A stretch of 32,000 bases of DNA from Thermodesulfobacterium commune DSM 2178 (GCF_000734015.1 NZ_CP008796.1:1560001-1592000); one strand, 5' to 3'; shown: positions 8,171 to 16,756, counted from the first letter of the stretch. The notes: generated from the sequence alone by a model not told the origin. Made by a program: numbers and translations.

Positions 8171-8911
8171 TTACACCTCCTTCTTTTTACCTTTTTTGGT
8201 AGAAAGTCCAAGCCCTTCCATTAGATACATTATAGCAAAACCCCACCATACCGTGTAAAGTACATAAAAAACCAGTAGACCTGTAAGCAATCCAGGTTTA
8301 CTCTTAACACTTTCAGGAGTAATTCCATAAAAGTTATAGCTAGGCTCGATTGCTTTTGTGACAACCTCATTTACTATTTGAGCCATTTCTGCCTTTTTTT
8401 CCAAAGTAAGCTTTTTATTAATAGCACTCAAACTGTTATGCCATTGTCTGAACATCTTTTTTTCGTCTTGATATCCATACTTTTCTTTGATAAAATCTCC
8501 CTTATTCCAATACATAGCATCTGCATCTTCTAGGGCAGAGCTTAGTATCTGACCTAAATCTCCTACTATTTTGATTTTACCATTTCCTTTATCTTCTACT
8601 TGTGCTCCTGCCAAGGTATAAAGCTTGGTGTTTAAGGCTATTCTTGTTTGAAGGTCTTGAGGGGTATCGGTGGGTTTCTTAAGATTGATTTCGATATCTA
8701 AAATTTTCCCTTTAAACTTTTCTACTTTAGTTTTTGTTTTGGGTATAAAATATGCAGAACCTTTAGCCAAGCTATTGAAAAGTTCGTCAGCATAAGCTAA
8801 AAAGTTTTGACCTCTACCAAACCAAGGTTGAAACATTACAAACAAAATACCTATAAACACCAGTGTAAAAATTACACCAAGGGTTAATTCTTTTTTCCTC
8901 ATAGCTGCCAT
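8171..8911 (-). CDS. hypothetical bitopic membrane protein (N- and C-terminal TM helices, ~170-aa soluble middle)
   Basis: 246 aa. TM1 is LTLGVIFTLVFIGILFVMF and the C-terminal TM is LLTGLLVFYVLYTVWWGFAIMYL. I recognise no family. The start lies 3 nt after the TauE stop with a GAGGAGGGA SD inside the TauE 3' end, and the stop lies 1 nt before the USP ATG. Confidence 0.6.
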   Translation of the reverse strand: MAAMRKKELTLGVIFTLVFIGILFVMFQPWFGRGQNFLAYADELFNSLAKGSAYFIPKTKTKVEKFKGKILDIEINLKKPTDTPQDLQTRIALNTKLYTLAGAQVEDKGNGKIKIVGDLGQILSSALEDADAMYWNKGDFIKEKYGYQDEKKMFRQWHNSLSAINKKLTLEKKAEMAQIVNEVVTKAIEPSYNFYGITPESVKSKPGLLTGLLVFYVLYTVWWGFAIMYLMEGLGLSTKKGKKKEV

Positions 8912-8914
8912 GGC

Positions 8915-10174
8915 CTATCCCTCCTCTCTTAAAGTTCTTATGTTTTTAAAGAAACTAAGTAACACCCAAACTCCAAACAAACCTACAGCTCCCCAGAATA
9001 AAATGTTGCCTATAAAAATGAAGGTTTCACAAACCTCTTTAGAAATAGAAACAAGGTTTAAAGACCTAAATTTATCAGGTAATACAGATACTCTGTTAAA
9101 AAATCCTGCTAAGATGGTTAAGGCATAAAAGGCTCTGATCGTAATTCCAGGAACAACTTTGGTGGTAAGTGCACCTATTTGAATACCTATCAAAGACCCT
9201 ATTAGAAGTCCCATAGCTAAGGTATAAAAAACATAACCATATATAGCATACTGGGTAAGGGAGGAGTAGCCTGCTGTAAAGATGATTTGGAAGATGTCAG
9301 TACCAACAGTAGTAGGAGTAGATACCCCAAAAACATAAACAAACATCGGGAAGGTAATAAAACCACCTCCCACTCCCATGATTGCAGCCAAGAAACCAAC
9401 CACAAAACCACCTGCGATGATAAACCAAGCTGAAATCTGTCTGCCTCCGAAGTCTTCGTCAAACTTAATTATAGGGGGAACATTAATCTTTTGAATTCGT
9501 ATGGCTAAATTAGTGGTTCCAATCACTCCACCGTGAGCACCTTCTGAAGAGGAAGCTTGTCCCATTTTCACTTTTCTTCTTGTACTAAAATAGTCGTACA
9601 TGGCATAAAAACCTAAAAATCCCAAAATTACTGCATAAACTGTACTTATAAAAGCATCGCTAAGAACAGGGTCTTTACTATAAAGCAACCTGTTTATGTA
9701 ACCCCCGGTAGTAGCACCAACAATAGAACCTATTATAAAAAATATAGCCAAAGCTACACTTACGTTTCCTAATTTTTTGTGCAACACCGTTCCCATGATA
9801 GCTTTAGCAAAAATATGAAACTGGTCTGTTCCCACAGCCATGATACCCTTTACCCCAACAGACATCAGGGCTGGAGCAATGATAAAACCACCTCCTGCAC
9901 CGATACATCCAGTAATCAACCCAGCGGCAAAGCCCACCACAGTAGAAGCCCAAAAAACTATAGGTGTATAGTGAACGGGAGCATATGCACTTTTACCTCC
10001 AAGTATGTCAGCAGCCCCTAAGAGAGAGGTTACCAAAATTGGAGATAAAAGCACCAATAAAAGTAACAACCGTTTTTTGTTCCGAAAAATGTTGTCTGCC
10101 ATCTCTTTTTCCCAACGTGCATGAGCCAAAGAAGCACTCACCATGAATTCATAAAGTAACCTTAATTTGCTCAT
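8915..10174 (-). CDS. TauE/SafE-family anion (sulfite/sulfonate-type) permease, long form
   Basis: 419 aa with two 4-TM repeats, each carrying the family glycine motif (GCIGAGGGFIIAPAL and MGVGGGFITFPMF). The repeats are separated by a ~55-aa hydrophilic loop. SD AGGAGG lies 6 nt upstream. Confidence 0.75.
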   Translation of the reverse strand: MSKLRLLYEFMVSASLAHARWEKEMADNIFRNKKRLLLLLVLLSPILVTSLLGAADILGGKSAYAPVHYTPIVFWASTVVGFAAGLITGCIGAGGGFIIAPALMSVGVKGIMAVGTDQFHIFAKAIMGTVLHKKLGNVSVALAIFFIIGSIVGATTGGYINRLLYSKDPVLSDAFISTVYAVILGFLGFYAMYDYFSTRRKVKMGQASSSEGAHGGVIGTTNLAIRIQKINVPPIIKFDEDFGGRQISAWFIIAGGFVVGFLAAIMGVGGGFITFPMFVYVFGVSTPTTVGTDIFQIIFTAGYSSLTQYAIYGYVFYTLAMGLLIGSLIGIQIGALTTKVVPGITIRAFYALTILAGFFNRVSVLPDKFRSLNLVSISKEVCETFIFIGNILFWGAVGLFGVWVLLSFFKNIRTLREEG

Positions 10175-10220
10175 CGTCTACCTCCTACAATTTTTATGTT
10201 TGTTTTACTAATTTTCTTTT

Positions 10221-10292
10221 TCATATTTTCCTCTTACCTTTTCTGGTAACGATAAAAACGAAAAGCCCTAAAATAACCCCTAAAGGCTTCAC
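10221..10292 (-). CDS. candidate 23-aa small membrane peptide (middle member of a chain of overlapping mini-ORFs)
   Basis: A GTG start gives MKPLGVILGLFVFIVTRKGKRKI, one hydrophobic helix plus a basic tail. Its GTG overlaps the TGA of an SD-led MLMEKR mini-ORF, and its TGA overlaps the ATG of a 17-aa ORF that in turn overlaps the TauE ATG. It is too short for coding statistics. Confidence 0.2.
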   Translation of the reverse strand: MKPLGVILGLFVFIVTRKGKRKI

Positions 10293-10345
10293 CTTTTCTC
10301 CATAAGCATCACCTCCTTGTTTATATTTTTATTTTGTTTAAATTT

Positions 10346-10768
10346 TTAAACAAAGTCAATCTTCTCCATCTTTAACATACTCTGGTGTTCTCTTTTTTCT
10401 TTTTGAGATACCTCTAATAAAATCTTAATTTTATTTTTTAAAGTTTTTACATCTATAGGAAAGAAAACTTCTTCGGTAACCCCAACCTTCATAGCTAAGA
10501 GAGAAGACTTAATGTTATCTTTACAGGTTAACCACATAATTTTTATTTTATGGTTTAACTTTCTTATTTCCCCAATAAACTCAAACATGCTTTCATATTC
10601 CATCTCACGGGTATCTATGATTAGTAGATCTATCTTTTTTAACTCATCCTTAGAAAGATTTTCGGTTTCAACCACCCTCGCCCCTATTTTACTTACCATT
10701 TCTTTTAATCGCTCCTCTAAGTCTTTATCTTCAGTCTTTATAAGCACTTGTACGTTTCTTACCTTCAT
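10346..10768 (-). CDS. stand-alone receiver-like (CheY-fold) protein, atypical
   Basis: The 140-aa layout matches a receiver domain: VQVLIKTEDKD (beta1), DLLIIDTRE (candidate phospho-Asp), MWLTCKD (Thr). The conserved Lys-Pro reads FFPI, and no SD precedes the ATG. Confidence 0.5.
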   Translation of the reverse strand: MKVRNVQVLIKTEDKDLEERLKEMVSKIGARVVETENLSKDELKKIDLLIIDTREMEYESMFEFIGEIRKLNHKIKIMWLTCKDNIKSSLLAMKVGVTEEVFFPIDVKTLKNKIKILLEVSQKEKREHQSMLKMEKIDFV

Positions 10769-10908
10769 ACTTGTTTTATTAGTTTTTAGCCTCTAATACC
10801 TCTTTTTAAAAGGTCTGTTTAATCATAAACAAATAAAGCAACTATTATGCCAAATCTTGCTTTATTGAAAACTCAGACTTTTTGACCGCATTTAAAAACA
10901 AAAGTCTG

Positions 10909-10948
10909 TTAATGTTTTAAAATGTTTTGAAACATTTTAAAACATTAA
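10909..10948. repeat. 40-bp palindrome: 19-bp perfect arms TTAATGTTTTAAAATGTTT / AAACATTTTAAAACATTAA with a 2-nt spacer
   Basis: Read directly from the sequence. Each arm itself holds two AATGTTTT units. It lies in the 340-bp AT-rich spacer between the surE stop and the receiver-gene start. Confidence 0.85.
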
Positions 10949-11107
10949 ACAATACAATACAATAAAATATATATAATTTTTAAGTTTATAAGAAAAAAGT
11001 TTATTATTTTTTCTAATTTTATCATAAATGTTATATTATATTTATCTACAGGCTTAAATGTTATGTCATTTAATTTTTCTTAAAGGTGAGACTGCTTGAA
11101 CGTTGAT

Positions 11108-11872
11108 TTAGAAGTCTAAATTAAAGTTTAAGTTATGCTTTTTAAGAATTTTTAGGGAGTTGTGGTTGGTTAGGTCAAAATGGATGGGAGTAATGGTGAT
11201 GTAACCCTGTTTTAAAGCAAGGACGTCTGTGTCTTCGTCTGTTTCTGTGTGTTCTTCTGCACCCTGCCAGTAATAGGCCTTCCCATGGAGGTCAAATCTC
11301 TTTTCAAAGACCTCTTTAAGCCTTGCTTTAGACTGTTTTACAAACTTTATTCCTTTTATTTTGGAGGGATTACCGTTAGGGATGTTTATGTTTAGGCAGA
11401 ATGGTTTGTTTAAAGGCAAATCTTTTAGAACGTCCAAGAACTTGGCTATAAAGTTGGCAGCAAAACAATAGTCTACATCTTCATAAGCATCTATGGAAAC
11501 CGCTAAAGAGGGATAACCTAAAATTTTGGCTTCTGTTGCGGCAGAAACTGTTCCTGAATAGACCAAATTAATCCCTACGTTTGCCCCTCGGTTAATCCCT
11601 GAGATCACTAAATCTACCGGGCCTATCAGTTCATATAACGCTAATTTGACACAATCAGCAGGGGTTCCACTTACTGCATATCCCCAGAATTTCTTGCCTC
11701 TTTTAACTTTGGTTACCCTAAGAGGATAGTGTATGGTAATAGCATGCCCTACAGCGCTTCTCTCTGCCTCAGGTGCTACGATGTAGACCTCATGTTCAAG
11801 AGAAAGGGCGTTATAGAGCGCGCAAAGACCTTCTGCATAGATCCCGTCGTCGTTGGTTAAGAGAAGTTTCAT
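11108..11872 (-). CDS. surE: 5'/3'-nucleotidase SurE
   Basis: The N-terminus MKLLLTNDDGIYAEGL and GINRGANVG are hallmark SurE motifs. 254 aa. Confidence 0.9.
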   Translation of the reverse strand: MKLLLTNDDGIYAEGLCALYNALSLEHEVYIVAPEAERSAVGHAITIHYPLRVTKVKRGKKFWGYAVSGTPADCVKLALYELIGPVDLVISGINRGANVGINLVYSGTVSAATEAKILGYPSLAVSIDAYEDVDYCFAANFIAKFLDVLKDLPLNKPFCLNINIPNGNPSKIKGIKFVKQSKARLKEVFEKRFDLHGKAYYWQGAEEHTETDEDTDVLALKQGYITITPIHFDLTNHNSLKILKKHNLNFNLDF

Positions 11873-11879
11873 CCCTAAG

Positions 11880-13028
11880 CTATGTGCGATAATGGGCGTT
11901 TATTTTGATGTATTCTTCGGTAAGGTCGCTTGCCCAAACCTCAAAACCTTTTTTACCCTCTTTTAACTTGATCTGTATTTCAACTACCTCTTTTTGGAGT
12001 TCTTTTCTTAGAATTTCTTCGTCAGTGATTACCTGCAGGTTTTTTACCCAAGGGATTCCATTAAGATAGATTTCAACCTTTTCGAAATCAAAAGGAATGG
12101 TCGTTTTCCCAAGGGCAGCAAAAATCCTCCCCCAGTTTGCGTCTTCTCCGTAAATTGCAGTTTTTACTAAAGGAGAGTTGGCTACAGAAAAGGCAAAAGT
12201 CTTGGCATCTTCTTTGGTTTTAGCTCCTTTTACCATAATTTTTATAACTTTACTTGCACCTTCACCGTCTTTTACGATAAGATAGGCCAGTTCTTGTGCT
12301 ACCTCTAAACAAGCTTTTTCAAAGTCTTCCCAGTTTTTGAGGTCTTTCTGGTTACTACAAAGCATGTAAACCGTATCGTTGGTGCTAGTATCTCCATCAA
12401 CGGTTATCTGGTTAAAGCTATGGTCTACTATCTTGGGAAGGACCTTTTTCAACGTATCTTTAGAAACCTTTGCATCTGTAAGGATAAAACCAAGCATAGT
12501 TGCCATGTTTGGGGCTATCATCCCTGCCCCTTTAGCTATCCCAAGGATAGAAATCCCGTTTTTTAAACTTCGATAAGCTATCTTGGGGAAGGTATCGGTG
12601 GTCATGATAGCCTTCGTAAAGTCTAAATAACGCTCTGGAGAAAGGTTGGATACAAGTTCTGAGACTTTGGGAAGCATTTTTTCGAGAGGCAATTGTTCTC
12701 CTATCACACCGGTTGAAGCTGGCAATAAACTTCGGAGACTTACTCCTAATCCTTTGGCAACCTCTTCTAAAAGTTTGGTAGCTCTTTGAATCCCTTCTTC
12801 TCCGGTGCAGGCGTTGGCTACTCCACTGTTTACTACCACGCCGTGTAACGTTTCTTCTTTTATAAGTTTTTTACCTAAGACTACAGGGGCTGCTTGAACG
12901 GTGTTTTGGGTGAAAACCCCCCAGGCAGTAAGTCTATTTGGTGAATAAATCAACCCAAGGTCAAACCTGTCTGGTTTTTTGATGCCACACTTTACCGCAG
13001 AAAAGAGAAAACCTTCTGGTGTCTTCAT
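11880..13028 (-). CDS. argJ: bifunctional ornithine acetyltransferase / N-acetylglutamate synthase ArgJ
   Basis: 382 aa with the self-cleavage site region GMIAPNMATMLGFILTDA, and C-terminal EYIKINAHYRT, typical of ArgJ. Confidence 0.9.
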   Translation of the reverse strand: MKTPEGFLFSAVKCGIKKPDRFDLGLIYSPNRLTAWGVFTQNTVQAAPVVLGKKLIKEETLHGVVVNSGVANACTGEEGIQRATKLLEEVAKGLGVSLRSLLPASTGVIGEQLPLEKMLPKVSELVSNLSPERYLDFTKAIMTTDTFPKIAYRSLKNGISILGIAKGAGMIAPNMATMLGFILTDAKVSKDTLKKVLPKIVDHSFNQITVDGDTSTNDTVYMLCSNQKDLKNWEDFEKACLEVAQELAYLIVKDGEGASKVIKIMVKGAKTKEDAKTFAFSVANSPLVKTAIYGEDANWGRIFAALGKTTIPFDFEKVEIYLNGIPWVKNLQVITDEEILRKELQKEVVEIQIKLKEGKKGFEVWASDLTEEYIKINAHYRT

Positions 13029-13033
13029 GGCTT

Positions 13034-13795
13034 TTACCCGAACCTTCCTGTAATATAGTCTTCTGTAAGTTTCTTGTCAGGGTTGGTAAAGATTTTTTCT
13101 GTAGGACCAACTTCTATAAGTTCGCCCAGATACATAAAAGCTGTATAATCTGAGGTTCTTGCCGCCTGTTGCATGTTATGTGTAACGATAACAATAGTGA
13201 TTTTATTTTTTAGCTGAACGATTAAGTCTTCTATCTTGGCAGTAGAAATGGGGTCTAAAGCTGAGGTCGGTTCATCAAAAAGTAAAACTTTGGGTTCAAC
13301 AGCAATAGCCCTTGCAATACAAAGTCTCTGTTGTTGTCCTCCTGAAAGAGAAAAGGCACTTTCTTTAAGTCTATCCTTAACCTCATCCCAGAGGGCAGCA
13401 TCTTTAAGGGCAGCTTCAACCCTATCTTTAAGTTCAGTTCCTTTTATTCCTTTTAACCTTAAACCATAGGCTACGTTATCAAAAATACTCATAGGGAAGG
13501 GGGTAGGTTTTTGAAAAACCATCCCTATTTTAGCCCTAAGCTCAATCAGGTCTATCTTTTTATCTAAAATGTTTTTTCCTTCAAAAATTATCTCTCCTTC
13601 ATAACGGTTACCCACATAAAGGTCATGCATCCTATTTAAACATCTAAGAAAAGTAGTTTTTCCACATCCTGAGGGGCCTATCAGAGCAGTAACCTTTTTC
13701 CGATAAATCTTCATGGTTATGTTTTTAAGCGCAAGTTCTTTCCCATAATAAAAATTAAGGTTTTTAACCTCTATTTCTACTTTTTTGTCGTCCAT
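13034..13795 (-). CDS. pstB: phosphate ABC transporter ATP-binding protein PstB
   Basis: Walker [10 protein letters not shown], signature LSGGQQQR, Walker [12 protein letters not shown], and a PstB-type C-terminus YITGRFG. Confidence 0.95.
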   Translation of the reverse strand: MDDKKVEIEVKNLNFYYGKELALKNITMKIYRKKVTALIGPSGCGKTTFLRCLNRMHDLYVGNRYEGEIIFEGKNILDKKIDLIELRAKIGMVFQKPTPFPMSIFDNVAYGLRLKGIKGTELKDRVEAALKDAALWDEVKDRLKESAFSLSGGQQQRLCIARAIAVEPKVLLFDEPTSALDPISTAKIEDLIVQLKNKITIVIVTHNMQQAARTSDYTAFMYLGELIEVGPTEKIFTNPDKKLTEDYITGRFG

Positions 13796-13812
13796 ATCTT
13801 AAAGCCTCTGTT

Positions 13813-14685
13813 TTATTTTTTTCTTTTAAAAAGTTTTAGCCAGCCAAAGTTTGAATGAACTAAAGTTTTAGCAAAAATAGAAAGAATTAGTACAAAAAGA
13901 GCTAAACAGAAAGAAGCTGCCCATGCCTGATTGTGCCAAAACTCATAGGGGCTCATGGCATAGTCAAAAATGGTGACTGTGAGAGAAGCCATAGGTTTAA
14001 ATATGTCAAAAGAAACATAGTGGTTGTTAAAAGCAGTGAACAATAAAGGTGCAGTTTCTCCAGAGATCCTTGCCATACCAAGTAACACTCCGGTTAATAT
14101 GCCAAATTTAGCCGACCTCAAAACCACATCTTTTATCAACTGCCATTTAAAAGCTCCTAAGGCATAAGCCGCCTCTCTTAAGGTAAATGGAACTAATTTA
14201 AGCATCTCTTCTGTAGTTTTACTGATCACAGGAACCATAAGCATCCCTAAGGCTAAACATCCTGCAAGAGCGTTGAAGTGTTTAAAAGGAACCACAAACA
14301 AGGCATACATAACTGCACCCATGATGATAGAAGGGGTACTTACCATAATGTCTGTAATGTTTCTTAAAACCTTGAAAAATTTTGAGTCTCTTCCATATTC
14401 AGAATAGTATATTCCAGAAAAAATACCTATAGGGACACCGATGACACTGGCTATAAAAGTAATGATAGCATGTCCTATAAAGGCATGTCTTAACCCTCCT
14501 TCTTCTATGCCAGGGGGACCGGGGTCTTCTATAAAAAGAGAAAAGGTTAGGTGTTTAAAACCGTTAAAAAAAAGAGTCCCCAGAATCCAAAATAGCCAAA
14601 AAAGTCCATAGATGGCTGCTATAAAGGATAAGAAAAGCATCACTTTGCTTATAAGTTTTCTTCTGTAAAGGACTACTTTTTCCAT
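13813..14685 (-). CDS. pstA: phosphate ABC transporter permease PstA
   Basis: 290-aa polytopic permease carrying the EAA-like loop REAAYALGA. It is third in the pstS-C-A-B order and overlaps pstC by 13 nt. Confidence 0.9.
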   Translation of the reverse strand: MEKVVLYRRKLISKVMLFLSFIAAIYGLFWLFWILGTLFFNGFKHLTFSLFIEDPGPPGIEEGGLRHAFIGHAIITFIASVIGVPIGIFSGIYYSEYGRDSKFFKVLRNITDIMVSTPSIIMGAVMYALFVVPFKHFNALAGCLALGMLMVPVISKTTEEMLKLVPFTLREAAYALGAFKWQLIKDVVLRSAKFGILTGVLLGMARISGETAPLLFTAFNNHYVSFDIFKPMASLTVTIFDYAMSPYEFWHNQAWAASFCLALFVLILSIFAKTLVHSNFGWLKLFKRKK

Positions 14686-15614
14686 TTCTTTTCAATCCTC
14701 AAAATCATAAGTTTAGCTAAGATCAAGACCCCAAAGGATATCAAAAACAAAAACAAAGAAAGATAAAAAAGTGAAGAAAGATATAAGGGGGTGTCAGCCT
14801 CGGTAAACTGATTGGCTAAGGCTACGGTAATCGTAGTAAAGGGTTCAAGTAAGGACTTAGGGATTTGGGGGACATTGCCTGCCAAGAAGGTAACAGCCAT
14901 GGTTTCTCCTAAGGCTCTTCCTGTAGAAAGAATAAGTCCTCCTGCGATTCCTGACGCAGTATAAGGAATAACTACATCTTTTACTACCTCCCATTTGGTA
15001 GCCCCAAGCCCATAGGCTGATTCTTTCATCACCGAAGGTACAAGGTTAAAGGCATCTTTCACTACTGAAGACATAAAGGGAATTATCATTATAGAAAGAA
15101 CTATAGAGGTGGTAAGCACATCAATCCCTGTGGGGTTTCCTGAAAAGAGTTGCGACAATATAGGGACAGGAGAGAAGATTTTTTGTAATAATGGTTCTAT
15201 GTCTTCTCGCATATACTTGGCAAACACTAAGAAGCCCCAAATCCCATATATTATACTTGGGATGGCAGCCAGAAGCTCTATAGTTGTGGTAAAAATTCCT
15301 TTAAGCCATGAAGGGGCAAGTTCGGTAATAAAGATAGCGATACCTATAGAGATTGGGGCAGCAAGAAGGATGGCTATCAAGGTGCTGATCAAAGTACCTA
15401 CTATCATCGGAAGGGCACCAAAACTTTCTCTAACAGGGTCCCATTCTGTAGAGGTTAAAAAGTTTATGATCCCAAAATTCTGAATGGCAAGTTTAGATTC
15501 GTAAAGCAGTATTAAAAAGACAACAAAAGGGAAAAGAAGACCTGTAAAAACCGCCCAAAAACCTAAAAAATATTTGGTAAAAATTTCTATTAAATAAGAG
15601 AAGCCTTTTCCCAT
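14673..15614 (-). CDS. pstC: phosphate ABC transporter permease PstC
   Basis: 313-aa polytopic permease with the loop KESAYGLGATKWE. It is second in the operon. Confidence 0.9.
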   Translation of the reverse strand: MGKGFSYLIEIFTKYFLGFWAVFTGLLFPFVVFLILLYESKLAIQNFGIINFLTSTEWDPVRESFGALPMIVGTLISTLIAILLAAPISIGIAIFITELAPSWLKGIFTTTIELLAAIPSIIYGIWGFLVFAKYMREDIEPLLQKIFSPVPILSQLFSGNPTGIDVLTTSIVLSIMIIPFMSSVVKDAFNLVPSVMKESAYGLGATKWEVVKDVVIPYTASGIAGGLILSTGRALGETMAVTFLAGNVPQIPKSLLEPFTTITVALANQFTEADTPLYLSSLFYLSLFLFLISFGVLILAKLMILRIEKKWKK

Positions 15615-15670
15615 ATACCGTCCTTATTAGTTTAAGTAATTTTAACATAAAAATTATAGATAAAAAGGGT

Positions 15671-15715
15671 AAAAAAAGTAAAGAGGACCTCCTCTGAAAA
15701 GAGGAAGTCCTCTTT
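15671..15715 (-). terminator. intra-operon hairpin/attenuator between pstS and pstC
   Basis: The - strand RNA reads AAAGAGGACUUCCUC-UUUUCA-GAGGAGGUCCUCUUU (15-bp stem with one G.U pair) followed by ACUUUUUUU. It begins 22 nt after the pstS stop. Confidence 0.75.
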
Positions 15716-15736
15716 AAGAGAGGTTATAAGAAGGGT

Positions 15737-16756
15737 TTAATTGACCTTATGTTTTTGCCAGTACTTATAAATCATAGTTTTTAGATTTTTAGGAAGAGGT
15801 ATATAGTAAAGTTTTTGGGCAATAGTGTCTCCATTTTCGAAGGCCCATTTAAAAAATTTGGTTACTTCGTTAGCACGGGGGCTATCTTTTACTAAAAGAA
15901 CAAAAGAAACCCCTACGATAGGATAAGACATTTTACCAGGTTGATAAGTTAGGTCTTCATAAAAGTCCTTTTCCATCGACCATTTAGCGTTAGAAGCTGC
16001 TGCTTGGATAGTTTCTATACTTGGTAATAAGTAATAATTTTTATCTCTATTAAGTAATCGTGCTACCGGGAGAAGGTTCTCTTTAGCATAAGTATATTCT
16101 ACGTAGCCTATAGAACCGGTGTTTTGCTTTACATAGTTGGTGACCCCTGGATTACCTTTAGCACCTATTCCAACCGGCCAGTCTACAGAAGTACCTGCTC
16201 CAACTTTTTCTTTCCATTCAGGGCAAGCCTTAGAAAGATAGGTGGTAAAAAGCCAGGTGGTTCCTGAACCATCTGACCTTCTAACTACTGTAATAGAAAC
16301 GTCTGGTAGTTTGACCCCTGGATTAAGTTTTTGTAGATATGGGTCATTCCACCGGGTGATTTTGCCAAGATATATACCACAAACTGCCTTTTCGTCAAGA
16401 TTTAAAGATATATTTTTAAATCCAGGTAAATTATAAGTCAAGGCTACCGCACCTATGATAGCAGGGAACTGAGCCAGGTTGTATTGTTTAAGTTCGTTAG
16501 AGGTCAAAGGCTTATCGCTTGCTCCGAAATCAACGGTTTTAGACTGAGCTTGTTTGATACCACCTCCAGAACCTATCCCTTGGTAGTTTACTTTGACCCC
16601 TGTAGCTTTATGGTATTCGTGGGCCCATGCTTGAAATACCGGTTGAGGAAAAGTTGCTCCAGCCCCAGTAATCTCAGTAGCTTTAGCTCCAGAGGCAGTG
16701 AAAAATCCAATACCAAGGAATAACGCAATCACCTTTTTAAACCATTTCTTTTTCAT
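15737..16756 (-). CDS. pstS: periplasmic phosphate-binding protein PstS
   Basis: Signal peptide ending ASGAKA|TE, then ITGAGATFPQPV and GSGGGI motifs typical of PstS. SD GGGGAGG lies 7 nt upstream. Confidence 0.95.
   Translation of the reverse strand: MKKKWFKKVIALFLGIGFFTASGAKATEITGAGATFPQPVFQAWAHEYHKATGVKVNYQGIGSGGGIKQAQSKTVDFGASDKPLTSNELKQYNLAQFPAIIGAVALTYNLPGFKNISLNLDEKAVCGIYLGKITRWNDPYLQKLNPGVKLPDVSITVVRRSDGSGTTWLFTTYLSKACPEWKEKVGAGTSVDWPVGIGAKGNPGVTNYVKQNTGSIGYVEYTYAKENLLPVARLLNRDKNYYLLPSIETIQAAASNAKWSMEKDFYEDLTYQPGKMSYPIVGVSFVLLVKDSPRANEVTKFFKWAFENGDTIAQKLYYIPLPKNLKTMIYKYWQKHKVN

Noticed and set aside
8170-8211. 14-codon extension of the tandem USP ORF
   Set aside because: It overlaps the preceding gene and lacks an SD. 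MEKILIATDGS at 8169 has a GGAGGTG SD and matches the usual Usp N-terminus.
10950-10964. Short tandem repeat CAATA x3 and general A/T repeats, considered as a CRISPR or minisatellite
   Set aside because: Only three 5-nt units in an AT-rich spacer. There is no repeat-spacer architecture anywhere in the window.
15109-15483. Antisense ORFs inside long CDSs (this one, plus 257-454, 495-689, 1435-1644, 1669-1860, 2862-3155, 3774-4160, 4733-4966, 8910-9128, 9217-9462, 9779-10146, 10512-10796, 12379-12576, 13236-13469, 16242-16723, 17530-17766, 17803-18015, 18166-18459, 21317-21604, 21860-22105, 24312-24494, 25131-25358, 26345-26629, 29610-29849, 30253-30477, 31242-31430, 31566-31775)
   Set aside because: Each is fully embedded opposite to, or out of frame with, a gene that has clear family motifs. 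None has an SD, and all have low-complexity or compositionally odd products.
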